DNA of 64,000 nt, from NCBI GenBank assembly GCA_051530055.1, contig CM121342.1, positions 3,781,489 through 3,845,488 on the forward strand. The letters run 5' to 3'. The translations under genes were made by a program, and so were the position numbers. Below the pieces are notes generated by a model. That model did no database searches. It had not been told where the DNA came from and saw only the letters and a list, made by a program, of their open reading frames with translations. The stretch is from Neoechinorhynchus agilis (Eukaryota; Animalia; Acanthocephala). Positions 22,171 to 33,325 of the stretch are shown in pieces. The number at the start of each line of letters is the position of its first letter. Position 1 is the first letter of the stretch.

Positions 22171-24350
22171 AAAACTTAATTATAATATACTTTTGGTATG
22201 TATTCAATCAATCTTCATTTCTCGACAATTAACACACTCACCACCTCCCGCCGAATTCCAGCTTTTGTCCTTCCTCGACCGTCGCTCGTTGTACTGCTAG
22301 CGAGATATTTTGTCGAAGGAATACGCCTGCTCTTGAGTCTCCGGTTGCCTTTCTCAATTTCTTCGAGCGATCCTGGAGCAGAGTGAGTGCCGAGCTGCCG
22401 TGCGCTCCATACGTCTCTATCCCAAAGGGGACAAAATAGTGAGCCCTCGATAAGTGAAGATATTTCCGTATTTTCCTCCCTTCCGCTGCACTGGCGGCAC
22501 CACCAGCGATTTCGAGGGAGTAGGGGATGTTGCTGGCTGCGAGGGTATCCACACACGTGACGTCCCAGAGAAGGCATTTGCCCTCCCGCCACGGGAAGAC
22601 CGAAATTCCATCGGGCCTACGGCCGTCTAGTCGACAAAGGTGGGCGGGTTCCAGGATGTTCGGGAAGTTCGCCGTTCTCAACGCCCGAGAAATTGCGTTA
22701 TTGATTTCAGAATGGCGTGAGAACCTTCCTCCTGACTTTCCGCAAACGAGACCGTATCGTCCGAAAGCATCAACCAAAGACCCACATCGATAGCGATGGG
22801 GCGTGCATATCGGGCGACCAAGTCTTAACGATACTGCGATCCTCGTTACCTCATCAGTAAGAAGAGTTCCCACAGATGCCAGAGGAACAGCCTCCAACCA
22901 CGCCCCAGATTCTCGTGTTGAAACTGCCAACACTCTAGCTCGGACGACCCCATCGCGGGAACCTGAAAGTAGAGAGCTGTGAGCTCTCGAGACAAGAGGT
23001 CCGTCCCAGATCGACTGTCTGAGGCCATTCACGGGAACATGGTTAGCGCCTGTCTGCTGGCACCATTCCTCAACCGCCACCACGAAATCCCGGTCAAGAC
23101 AAAACTTTTCCTTCAAAATGTTCTTCGATACTGGTAGGCTCCCCTCAAACGATCCAAGAAAGGCCGGCAAAGCAAGGTCGACTAGTGCCCGAATTCCCAA
23201 TCCCCCAGATGACACAGGCAAAGAAGCTTGTCGCCACGCCTCATCTGAGAGCTGGACATTTAAAATACGCTCGAGACAAGCCCTCACCTTTCCGTCGAGT
23301 TTAGCCAATCCTTCCTTATGTTTGAAAAATGTTGCTGTGCGAACCTTGTACAATAATTTGGGGATGAAGAGCGCGTTCTTTATCAGAAATAACGCTTCAT
23401 GAGTCCAGAGAGCGCTCACCCTATCGCACAGCAACGAAAGTTTCGGTATGATATGGCCGATCTCATCTTCCACATTTGAATCGAAGACGCAACTGCCCAG
23501 GAGGCTGAGTTGTTCCCGAGTCACGGCTCACATTTTTCAGCATTAAGCTCAATTCTCCAAATCGCGCAGTACAACGGAGGGATCACCTCCGAGCGTAGCG
23601 TCATCCAAGTACCAAGCGTTGAAGCTGGAATGGAGAGAATGCGCTATTGGATTTACTGTTAGGGAGAATGCGATTGGAACGAGGGGATCTCCTTGCTGCA
23701 CTCCTCTTTCGGACCAAATGAGGTGGTCTTCGAAAAGCAAAGGAGTCGCCGTCCCGTAGGCATTGAGAAAATACTGGAAGGCTTCTGGTGCATGATCCCT
23801 AATTGCGCGGAACATGATTTCTCCATTGAGAGAGTTAAAGGCGTTCCGAAAATCACACTAAAGAATCACGCACGGCTCTGAGCTTCTCGTAGCAAAGTTT
23901 CGGACGCGAGTGGACAATAGCTTCCGCCCCGCAGGATGTGCAGCAGCCCAGTTGGACTGGACGAAGTTGCTGTCCGGTTTTCTCTATGATACGTTTGCAG
24001 AGAATTTTTCCTGCGAGTCGGCGTATCGTCGAAGATACGGCAATGGGACGGATCCCACCTTCTTTTTTTGTGAGGGCACACAATGAGGCTCCGAAAAATA
24101 GGTCCTTTGCAACGGGTTCAGGTCCACTCCAGTCAGGCGGTCGACTGTTCGAGAAAGCGCACTTCCTAGAGAGAGAGCTGCTTCACCAGTTGTAAAGTCC
24201 TTTAGGTGCTGAGGCCTTAGTCCGTCAAGCCTGTGACCCGAACCATTTGCAAAAGTTGAGATGGCCTTTTTTATCTCTGAAATTTTAGTGGGCGTCCTGT
24301 CTTGTATGGAAGGAGATGGAATTTCAAAACTTCCGCTATTGACTAAAATC
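22170..24350 (-). mobile_element. CRE-clade non-LTR retrotransposon (RT + restriction-like endonuclease), 5'-truncated and frameshifted
   Basis: AISTFANGSG...DGLRPQHLKD, ALTKKEGGIRPIAV...RRLAGK, RGVQQGDPL, WYLDD; C-terminal zinc motif with RFSRHSEIN and RPDG...WDVTCVDT...AEGRKIRKY (PD-(D/E)xK type). Confidence 0.9.
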
Positions 24351-25159
24351 AAATTACCTAGTGTACAGGTTCTGCTACTTATTCTTCTTGTTTTAAATAA
24401 AACTTGTTTATATATTTAAATAGCACTTTTTCATGTTGCAACTCGCTTATTTGGCTTACTTTTCTTGTAGAGTCGACGTCCGTGATCATTTCGGAACAAA
24501 ACACAATCGATGGTTTAATTGATAGTGTTGTCTATAAAGGAGAAGCAACACTGTGATGTTCCCAAATCTCCATGGATCCCCATGGATTGAAAAAAGAACT
24601 ATTTCCCTGACTTTGTTCAACCCCCAAAATCACCTTTCGTTGCAGAGATGTCACTTTTCCTTTCGAAAAACCTGCAATAAAAACCGAATTTCTCAACCTG
24701 AGAAAAGAAATCGCGCACTGAAAGCGGACTTTCACAAATACGATCAAAAAGAGTTTTGACAACTGTGTGCTATAGTTGCTTTCACTCCTGCATCAGAAAT
24801 GCATTAGTGTCCTAGAAATCGAGACAGATTTTTCGTAATGACTACCAACAAATCAAAATTTCGGCAAAAGGACTTGTCCTGGAAGCGGATATTCGATGTG
24901 CCATGTCCATAATCGACCCACGGAAACTTTAGTTGCCTATAGGTGAAAAAGAGACAATGTACTCCACTGTTCCTTTTATCGTTGTTTTAAATATTTTCTT
25001 CAACCATACCGTCGAATTAATTTTACTAAGAAAAGGAGTGATATATTTTCCGACCATAAACAGTTTTAAAACTTCTACTTTAAAGCAACTCGAATACATC
25101 GTGAATGTTAAATGTTTAAAGTTGAATTGCGATTTTTTTTGAAAGTTTCATCAATTTAT

Positions 25160-25930
25160 TCTTTGAAGATATAAACATAATAATTCGCCGTCCTCGTCCT
25201 CAATTGTCGCCTGAATGCTTGCAGTGTTGCCTCTCAACACGGCGATGCTGATATTTTGAACCATCACCGGTTATAACCTGAAGGCGTCACTTCAGGAGTT
25301 GAAGAGCCTTGCTACCAAGAGATCCGTAGGTCTCTACCCCAAAAGGCACAAACACATGAACCCGGGCTAAATCAAGGTATTTCGCCGTTTTCCGTCCTTC
25401 CGCAGCGCTCGCTGCACCTCCAGCTTGAACCACGGAGAACTTGAGATTGCTGGCCTTGAGTGTATCGACACAAATGGCGTCCCGGAGGTGGCATTTACCC
25501 TTCCGCCACGGAAATGCGGTCACCCCATCAGGTCTAAGCCCGTCGTCCTTACAGAGGTTGACAGGTTCCAAAATATTGGGGGTATTTACCGGGTAGCAAG
25601 TGCCCGGCTCAGCACCATGTTAATTTCGGCTGCGAATCTGCCGGCTGATTTTCTACAGATGAGACCATGACGTCCTGACGAATCCACATTTGTACCGCAG
25701 CGGTAACAGTGGGGATGACACATCGGTAGTCCCAGTCTCATTGAAACTCCGACCCGTACCGCCTGGTCGAAGAGAAGAATACCCACAAATGCCAACGGGA
25801 CCGCGTTCAATCGAGCACTTGATTCTCTACTGGAGACTGCTGACAACCTGGCACGGGCAACGTCGTCGCTTGAGTCTGATAAGAGAGAGAGCTTTGAACA
25901 CTTGCGAGGAGAGGTCGATCCGTTGCGATG
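25160..25930 (-). mobile_element. 3' fragment of a second, diverged CRE-type element
   Basis: RCGTNVDSSGRHGLICRKSAGRF, LRPDGVTAFPWRKGKC, AEGRKTAKY, FQNISIAVLRGN in shifted frames. Confidence 0.85.
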
Positions 25931-26441
25931 TGGAGTCCATCGTTTCGAGAATAAAAATCGCTATTGGATTATCAACAAAGAACGATCCCATAATGATTAA
26001 ATATGAATTAACCCTTTTCTGGTTTCTTTTTTGTGGATTTGTACAATTGGACGTTTTTCCAATAACTATTTCTGAAGTTTAATTGCGAACGAAAACATTT
26101 ACGGTCGTCTAAGCTCAAAATAATTGTTTAACGACAAAGAATTAACTTATGATTGCAACTAGTTCGGTATACCCATTTTGTTAGCTTAGGCTTTTTTGAT
26201 GTTCTTTAATTCATGATACGAAAATAATCATATTGTTATAATCCAAAATATAGACGATATTTCAAGTACGATAAAACCAATAAGTTTTGCTCATTGTTTG
26301 AAACTGCCTTCAATACACTTTGTTCTTTAAAATTGCTAAACGTTGAAAGTTACAAATTATAAATCAAGGATTGTCATCTACAGCTGCTTCCTTTAGTAGT
26401 CTCAGCATTTAAATATGTGTTCAAGTAACCCAATGGAGTGC

Positions 26442-26648
26442 ATGATAGTTTTACTTCCATTCGTCTTTCTACTGGCGATCGGGACAAACGCCCTATCGAT
26501 TCATGGATATCACAACGACCCACGAGATCGCCATCCTCGTCCAGCTTCCAAGTATCACAATCCGAAATTGCAGGTCCGTAAAGGGCCAATCCGTAATATT
26601 CCACGAAAAGTTATCCTTCAAGGAAGAACAACAAGGATTAAAAACTAA
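26442..26648 (+). CDS. Possible small secreted peptide
   Basis: MIVLLPFVFLLAIGTNA looks like a signal peptide followed by a basic His/Pro/Arg-rich tail; no family recognised. Confidence 0.35.
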   Translation: MIVLLPFVFLLAIGTNALSIHGYHNDPRDRHPRPASKYHNPKLQVRKGPIRNIPRKVILQGRTTRIKN

Positions 26649-27190
26649 TTATTTTTGATATGTTAAATGCATAACATGTATCCGTCCAAAGATTCTTATT
26701 GAGGGATAAGGGTAAAAGGATATCTCGCATTTGTAGAAATTATCCAAAAAAATCAAAACATTAAACGAAGCTAAAGAGCGGTTAGTAAAACATGATCAAA
26801 ATTTATAGCATTGATTATGTTTTCGGTTTGTACTCTTGTCATTTATTTTTAAAACATGGAAAGCCAAAGTGATCGCGTTATTATATTAAAATGAGAGTAG
26901 AATGTATTTTGATCGGGGTTTCTCTGCGTTGATCACTAAATCTCCTTTTTTTACTTTTAAACTTTACCAGAGCCGAAAAGGGTGATCTCGTGAATCAAAG
27001 ATTTTTTACGCTCATTAAATCGATACAAACTATGCATTTGTCAACATTTTCAATTTGCGTATCAAATATTTATCTTTGACGCTTTCTTTATGTAGCGTTG
27101 AACAATTAAATGTTCATAAAACTGAAAAGAGTTTGCTGTATATTTCAGTCCGTTAAGAGAAGTCGAACATAAAGATTTGAGAAACAAAAA

Positions 27191-28078
27191 ATGAGTCTCC
27201 GAATGAGAGAGCCAATAAATCAATACAACGAAACAATTCTACACGAAACGAAGTTGAACGAAGCAGATTTCGCTGGTCAAAAAGGATCCTATTCTGAAAA
27301 TCAGAATATTCAATCACTTAAAAGTGGTAATAATGATTCATTAAAAGCGACGATTAGTACCGACGAAAGTTCATCAACGGAGTCACAATCCTGTGCGATG
27401 TTGAACGATCTCGATCCTTTGATTGTCCGAAAAGCGCATACCGGCGATATTCAACAGGTCACTCAGACCGTTTATATAAAATACCTTCAACCGCCAAAGC
27501 TTCCACCGGCAGGACCAATATTCATCCAAGAAAAAAGGCTTCCTCGTCGACCTACACCGCCCCCAATCTACATCCGGCAACAACCAAAACCACCACCAAC
27601 ACCTCCACCACTCGTCTTACGCGAATGTCCTCCTCAAGCTCCTTCCCGGACAAATGCTCCTCAAATCATTTACCGCCACTTGCCTTCTTCTCCACAACCA
27701 AAAAGAAGGATTATCGTTGAAAGGCTTCCTCCATTGCCACCGAAGCCACGAGATATCTACATTGAACGATGGATGCCCTATCCCAAATCTTCGAAACGAA
27801 TAATCATCTATCAAAAGGCACCGTGTCCTCCATCGAACTCGCGGCGGAATATTCTTATTATTTACGATGGGACGCCGCAGTGCCGCCAAGAAATTCGGGA
27901 TCTCGGAGTGAGCATCACTGATCCAGTGGCCTACAAAAGTCAATTTCATTCATCCCTTCTGGATCACAATACCATTCAGACGGCACTACGAAGAATTTGC
28001 TTTAAGGATTCTAAGGTAAATCAAACTAAAGGAGTCTATAGTATAACTTCTGTTATTCTAGGAAATTCGGAACGATAA
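27191..28078 (+). CDS. Proline-rich protein, copy C (intact, 295 aa)
   Basis: Open ATG-to-stop frame with motifs YIKYLQPPKLPPAGPIFIQE, PPPIYIRQQ, PPPLVLRECPP, IIVERLPPLPPKPRDIYIERWMPY; inverted relative to copies A and B. Confidence 0.85.
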   Translation: MSLRMREPINQYNETILHETKLNEADFAGQKGSYSENQNIQSLKSGNNDSLKATISTDESSSTESQSCAMLNDLDPLIVRKAHTGDIQQVTQTVYIKYLQPPKLPPAGPIFIQEKRLPRRPTPPPIYIRQQPKPPPTPPPLVLRECPPQAPSRTNAPQIIYRHLPSSPQPKRRIIVERLPPLPPKPRDIYIERWMPYPKSSKRIIIYQKAPCPPSNSRRNILIIYDGTPQCRQEIRDLGVSITDPVAYKSQFHSSLLDHNTIQTALRRICFKDSKVNQTKGVYSITSVILGNSER

Positions 28079-29014
28079 TGAACGAGTCCAGTCATTAAAT
28101 TGTTCAAACTTTCAAAGTGTCCCAGACGATTATGTTGTTCGTGTTTAGAATAGAATCCCTTTTTGGCGATATTTCGTTCAATAAAGCCATTGTTTCGTCT
28201 TAAGCACCAACTGGAAATGCCTCTCCGTCTTTATGGTTTTTCATTGTTTTTAGTTTATTTGTTTTGGGTGAAAATGATGAGAGTTCAATTTGAACGCTGA
28301 TGACCGTTTTCTCTAACCGACCTCTGTTAGTCTCGATATTCAAAATATTCGAATGAAGAAAATTTAATATCTTGTTTCAATGCTACTCAATCACAAATTC
28401 TTTTCTTAAAGTTTAATCAATTTTTTATGTGATAATGATTTGATTGATACTACAATAGTTCACGGTATACCGCAATTTAAGATTTCGTGACTCCGTTACC
28501 GTGATGTTACCCATTCAAATTCCTTCCGTTAAAAAACCCTTGAAAGATCTACCAGTCCCTCAGAAATTAACTGCAACCTCTTTTTCAAAGATTATAACTA
28601 TGAAAAGTAAACTCCTGCACTTAAAGAGATAGTAAAAGTTTAATTTTGAGATAATTCTCATTTGACTGCCTCTTTTTCTAGCAATCAAAAACATTTAATT
28701 TTTGGCATAAAAACAATCATTACAAAATCAATGGTGCAATGATTATCGATATTACAATCTCATTACCAGAAAATTTCGATGATCCAAAAATTAGAAATCG
28801 ATTTTGTATTATTTTCGGTTCAGTACTCACCAGGATCGCATTTGAGCTTTAAGAATAATAAAGAACTAACGATTTTATCGTCCTACTTTGCCACAATAAT
28901 AATTAAGAAAATCTAAGATTGGTAATGGCGTCTGTAAAAGTCAATGATTCAAAATTCAGCTTCTATTTTCGCTTTAGAAGTTTGCAGAATACCCGGTTCG
29001 CTTCTTGAGCAACA

Positions 29015-29086
29015 GCGTTGGTGGTGTAATGGTTAGCATGGTTGCCTTCCAAGCAGCCGATCCGGGTTCGATTCCCGGCCAACGCA
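29015..29086 (+). tRNA. trnG-TCC: tRNA-Gly (anticodon TCC)
   Basis: GCGTTGG/CCAACGC acceptor stem, GTTGC-CTTCCAA-GCAGC anticodon arm, GGTTCGATTCC T-loop; 72 nt. Confidence 0.97.
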
Positions 29087-30207
29087 ACGCCCATGGAGGA
29101 GCGGAACGGGATGAAAGCGTCCATTAATGATCAGGATCATTCCGCGAGCTTCGCTAGTGGGCAACAGTGCTCAATCCATCGAACGACAGCCAATCCAACC
29201 GACTTGCAAGAATTTTTCCTTAAACTACATCGAGCAACCCTTCTGGGTAAAATCTCTTTTAAGGAATTCGCGCTAAGACTTATTTACAACCTTCAAAAGT
29301 GCAAAGGAGAGAAGCTCCTGCGGACGGTGGTGATTGCATGTTTTGTACTTTGTTATTGTAATACCTAGAAAAAAAGTTTTCTGTTCAAAAAAAACATTTG
29401 AACTTTCCTTAATTCGTGACCTCTTGCCTTTAATTTTTCTCAGCTCCTCTAAGAAATGGCCTTAGAGAATTCACAATTGCTGGCGCACGCAGTTGGAACA
29501 AATGTTTATTTTGGACCGATATTTCGGAGTTTTACACTCCTTCTTCAAGATTCTGAGTCACGCTTACCAGGATAAAAGATTAATCTGGTCTTTTGGTCCT
29601 CCGAGGTGCCTGAGGTCTCCAATAGAGCAGACGAAGGACCAACGATAAGTTCTAGACCAACGAAAAACCCTAATTGTTATTTTACTAGTTGTATGGCCGT
29701 GTTAAATAAAAAAATACATGTAGTCAGAATAAAGTCGGTGAGGAAGTCGACTCATCACGTTATTTAAACACGATAATCCTTGTGATAACTCCGCTGATTC
29801 CCACTTTTCACTTCTTTCGAAATAAATAAAGCTTCCCAGCCAGTAACTCTTATTTGGTATCTATTTGTGGCCTCACAGTTGATAATTTTCGTTGGGAACA
29901 CAGTCCACGGATTCATTGATCAGGGGAACGCATAAGATCATTTAATACCCTACTCCTCGTGCAACTCGTTAATTCCTCGCTTACAAATGGAATCCTAGGG
30001 AAAATAAAGAATTGCACTTCATGCTTGCTCGAAAGTCCGCCGATCGATTCTGCTCTACGTCGAAAGCTTCTCGATTTCCCGATCCCATAACCGTTTTAAG
30101 CGAACATTCCGTTCACAACCTCAACAGCGGTCCTTTTAGCCTCCCATTTTATAGATCGCTTGCTTCATCACCCAAGGATGGTCAGAATTTCGAAGCATAA
30201 CTATGGC

Positions 30208-31075
30208 TTTCTTGCAAGACGAGAATCTGGAACGTGGTTGGAGGCTGTTCCTCTGGCATCAGTGGGAACTCTTCTTACTGACGAGGTAACGAGGATCGCA
30301 GTATCCTTAAGACTTGGTCTCCCGATATGCACGCCCCATCGCTGTCGATGTGGGTCTTTGGTTGATGCTTTCGGGCGACACGGTCTCGTTTGCGGAAAGT
30401 CAGGAGGAAGGTTCTCACGCCATTCTGAAATCAATAACGCAATTTCTCGAGCGTTGAGAACGGCGAACTTCCCGAACATCCTGGAACCCGCCCACCTTTG
30501 TCGACTAGACGGCCGTAGGCCCGATGGAATTTCGGTCTTCCCGTGGCGGGAGGGCAAATGCCTTCTCTGGGACGTCACGTGTGTGGATACCCTCGCAGCC
30601 AGCAACATCCCCTACTCCCTCGAAATCGCCGGTGGTGCCGCCAGTGCAGCGGAAGGGAGGAAAATACGGAAATATCTTCACTTATCGAGGGCTCACTATT
30701 TTGTCCCCTTTGGGATAGAGACGTATGGAGCGCACGGCAGCTCGGCACTCACTCTGCTCCAGGATCGCTCGAAGAAATTGAGAAAGGCAACCGGAGACTC
30801 AGGAGCAGGCGTATTCCTTCGACAAAATATCTCGCTAGCAGTACAACGAGCGACGGTCGAGGAAGGACAAAAGCTGGAATTCGGCGGGAGGTGGTGAGTG
30901 TGTTAATTGTCGAGAAATGAAGATTGATTGAATACATACCAAAAGTATATTATAATTAAGTTTTTAGGTCGTTCTTTTCCACTCTTTCCTCGGAATCAGT
31001 TCGAATTTGGAGGATTGATCGGTGGAGACGAAGGAGCGGAGGTAGAGATTTGTGCGAGGAACGAAAAGAATGGAC
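30208..31075 (+). mobile_element. Second copy of the CRE element (endonuclease end + 3' UTR), 5'-truncated
   Basis: Near-identical to the reverse complement of about 22063-22920, including about 105 bp of the 350-bp unit; differs by a few substitutions. Confidence 0.92.
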
Positions 31076-31405
31076 CAAATAGAAAACTGTATGACAATCT
31101 GAAAGTTCGCAAAATCAGATATCGAAATTCATTTAATTTTTACGCTCCATAAACAAGTATGAATATTTCCAATTTCAAACACTCAGCTGCCGTCTTAGTG
31201 TAACGGTCGAATAAATTCCCTACTAAAAAGCACACATTCTTCTAGAAAAGTTTAATCCATCTTCGAAGACACTATTTTTTATAATTTGGCAAACACGCCC
31301 AATCCCGTTGTCATTTCAACATGAATGGTCGCAAGTTTGTTGCTTATTCTTTTAATTTTACGCTCCATAAACATACAAAAAGTAGTCCAAAACAAACATC
31401 CTAAA

Positions 31406-32227
31406 ATGGCGCAACGATTGCGAGCTCATAGAATTTAGAAAATGAAGAACGTTTAAGATGGATATCGGGTCCCCGAGGCACGATCCTGGACGCAGAGCTC
31501 AGTAACGAAGAAAGTAACCTCAAAACGCTGTGGGATCCCGTCGATCATCACGGCGTGTTATCTCTTCCATTTCCGATCGTAAAACTGGAGCAACACCCGA
31601 ACGAATTTCTGATATCACAAAAGAATACAGAGAATTGATTGAAAAAGAGCTCTTTTTCAATCAATTCTTTGTATTGATTGAAAAAGAATTGATTGAAAAA
31701 TACCAATGAGCTCTTTTTCAATCAATTCTTTGTATTGATTGAAAAAGAATTGATTGAAAAATACCAATGAGTTCTTTTTCAATCAATTCTTTGTATTGAT
31801 TGAAAAAGAATTGATTGAAAAATACCAATGAGCTCTTTTTCAATCAATTCTTTTTCAATCAATACAAAGAATTGTTTGAAAAAGAGCTCATTGGTATTTG
31901 CAACGATGTGCTCGGTCTTCTTGAAAAACACTTGATTCCACGTGCCAGTACTCCTGAAAGCAAGATTTTCTATTTGAAGATGCGTGGAGATTACCTACGA
32001 TACGTGGCTGAATTCGCTCAGGGTGAGGAGCGCTCAAAAGTCGTCGAGGACTCTCTTAAAGCGTTCGATATCGCTAAAGAAAACATGCAGCCAATTCGCC
32101 TTGGTCTCGCTCTAAACTTCAGTGCCTTTTATTATGAAATACAAAATGCGCCAGACCGAGCTTGTCAGTTGGCTCGTAAGGCATTTCATGATGCCATTGC
32201 AGTAGTAGACACTTTGGGTGACTCTGG
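31406..32227 (+). pseudogene. 14-3-3 pseudogene, intronless, with frameshift, short deletions and an internal fold-back repeat
   Basis: [101 protein letters not shown]; lacks the KDSTLIMQLLRDNL region. Confidence 0.9.
31631..31900. repeat. Nested inverted/tandem repeat built from 14-3-3 coding sequence
   Basis: Perfect 36-bp palindrome gaattgattgaaaaagagctctttttcaatcaattc, then three 61-bp units containing the reverse complement of caatacaaagaattgattgaaaaagagctcattggtattt, before the frame resumes. Confidence 0.92.
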
Positions 32228-32690
32228 GACAATAATCGCAAACAATACATTCACTGCTGGGCTAGAATATTCTTCACCAAAGGCGTACCTCAATGTGGTG
32301 CTTTTGGTCACGACTTTCACAAACTCCACTTGAATTTCTCTAAATATTTCGAAATGATCCCTTAACACTCCCGCAACCACATTTCCTACCGCGATTTTTC
32401 AAATGTCTCCAATTTCAATCAAATTTGAAATGGGACTTGCACATTTCACTTTCCCTTCAAACGCGATTCCTTTAAAATTTACCTCCTCAAACGACCCCGC
32501 TATTTATGAGTCGCCTTCTCCCAAAATTTTAGAAAAGTTTTATTTTACCTTCCTCCCTGTCTTTTGCAACCTATCCAAATCCCAACTCCATCGCCTTGAA
32601 AAATTTTACGGATAAACGCCTTATAAAATTTAACCAAATACCTTTATAAGATTTTCAACAAACAATCAAAACGCCTCTCAACCCTACCGC
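32228..32690 (+). mobile_element. Internally deleted CR1/L2-type LINE fragment
   Basis: Blocks similar to 45315-45900, e.g. acaa(ta)atcgcaaacaatacattcactgc and caaactccacYtgaatttctctaaat. Confidence 0.75.
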
Positions 32691-33325
32691 CAGGGTCCTA
32701 CTCTTAAACGTGTTATTATTATTTCCATTAGTCTTTTGGTTGATGAAACTGGCAATTTATGATGAGATGCCCAGGAAAGCGCTGATTTGCACATCGTTAT
32801 TAACGAAGAAAAGATTGGCTCTAGAATTAGTGAGCGCGATTGAGATCATGCGGTTAAAGCAGCGGTATGATTCAAGCGAGGGGGAACCGATCGATGATCG
32901 TTTACTCGAATTGATATGGAGGAAACCTGATCAACTATGTGGATGATGCGCTGTTCATGGATGTCCTTATCGCCCACACAAACGCCGTTAAGTGACTATG
33001 AGTCTAAGAAACATCCAAAATTAATACTGATTTTTGGACAGAATCCGCGCAACGAACTTGGCGGCATCATTCTTCTCAGCCACATTCAGATCCACGCGAG
33101 TTTGTGGCCACGGTCCGGTGGAACTATCCCCAAGACATTACCAATATTCCGGGCGGTTGGAAATGAATTAGACAATGCGAGGGGGAGAGTCGGCAAAGCA
33201 ACAGAATGACTCAACAAAGTGGAACGAACTTTCCACACTTCAATATTGCTTCCTCACACGTCTTTGTAGAAAGATTTTCTTTATCAATATAACAGCCAGT
33301 TCTAATGTCAAATTAAAAACTTTCT

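Noticed and set aside
29087-29170. HDV-like ribozyme fold for the tRNA trailer
   Set aside because: No L3 UCCUCG-type loop and no P1 followed by GG; kept only as an unidentified structured trailer.
29592-29642. Hairpin ttggtcct/aggaccaa with CTGAG and GAAG inside
   Set aside because: Needs several core changes to be a hammerhead and has no stem I.
22198-30937. Antisense and alternate-frame ORFs over the CRE copies and proline-rich genes
   Set aside because: Shadows of GC-richer coding sequence, duplicated along with their hosts.
31189-31207. tRNA-like 5' fragment gccgtcttagtgtaacggt
   Set aside because: No anticodon arm, T arm or acceptor 3' strand follows.
32710-33210. Possible RT remnant (LINYVDDALF at about 32930)
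   Set aside because: A single motif with no supporting RT domains in any frame.
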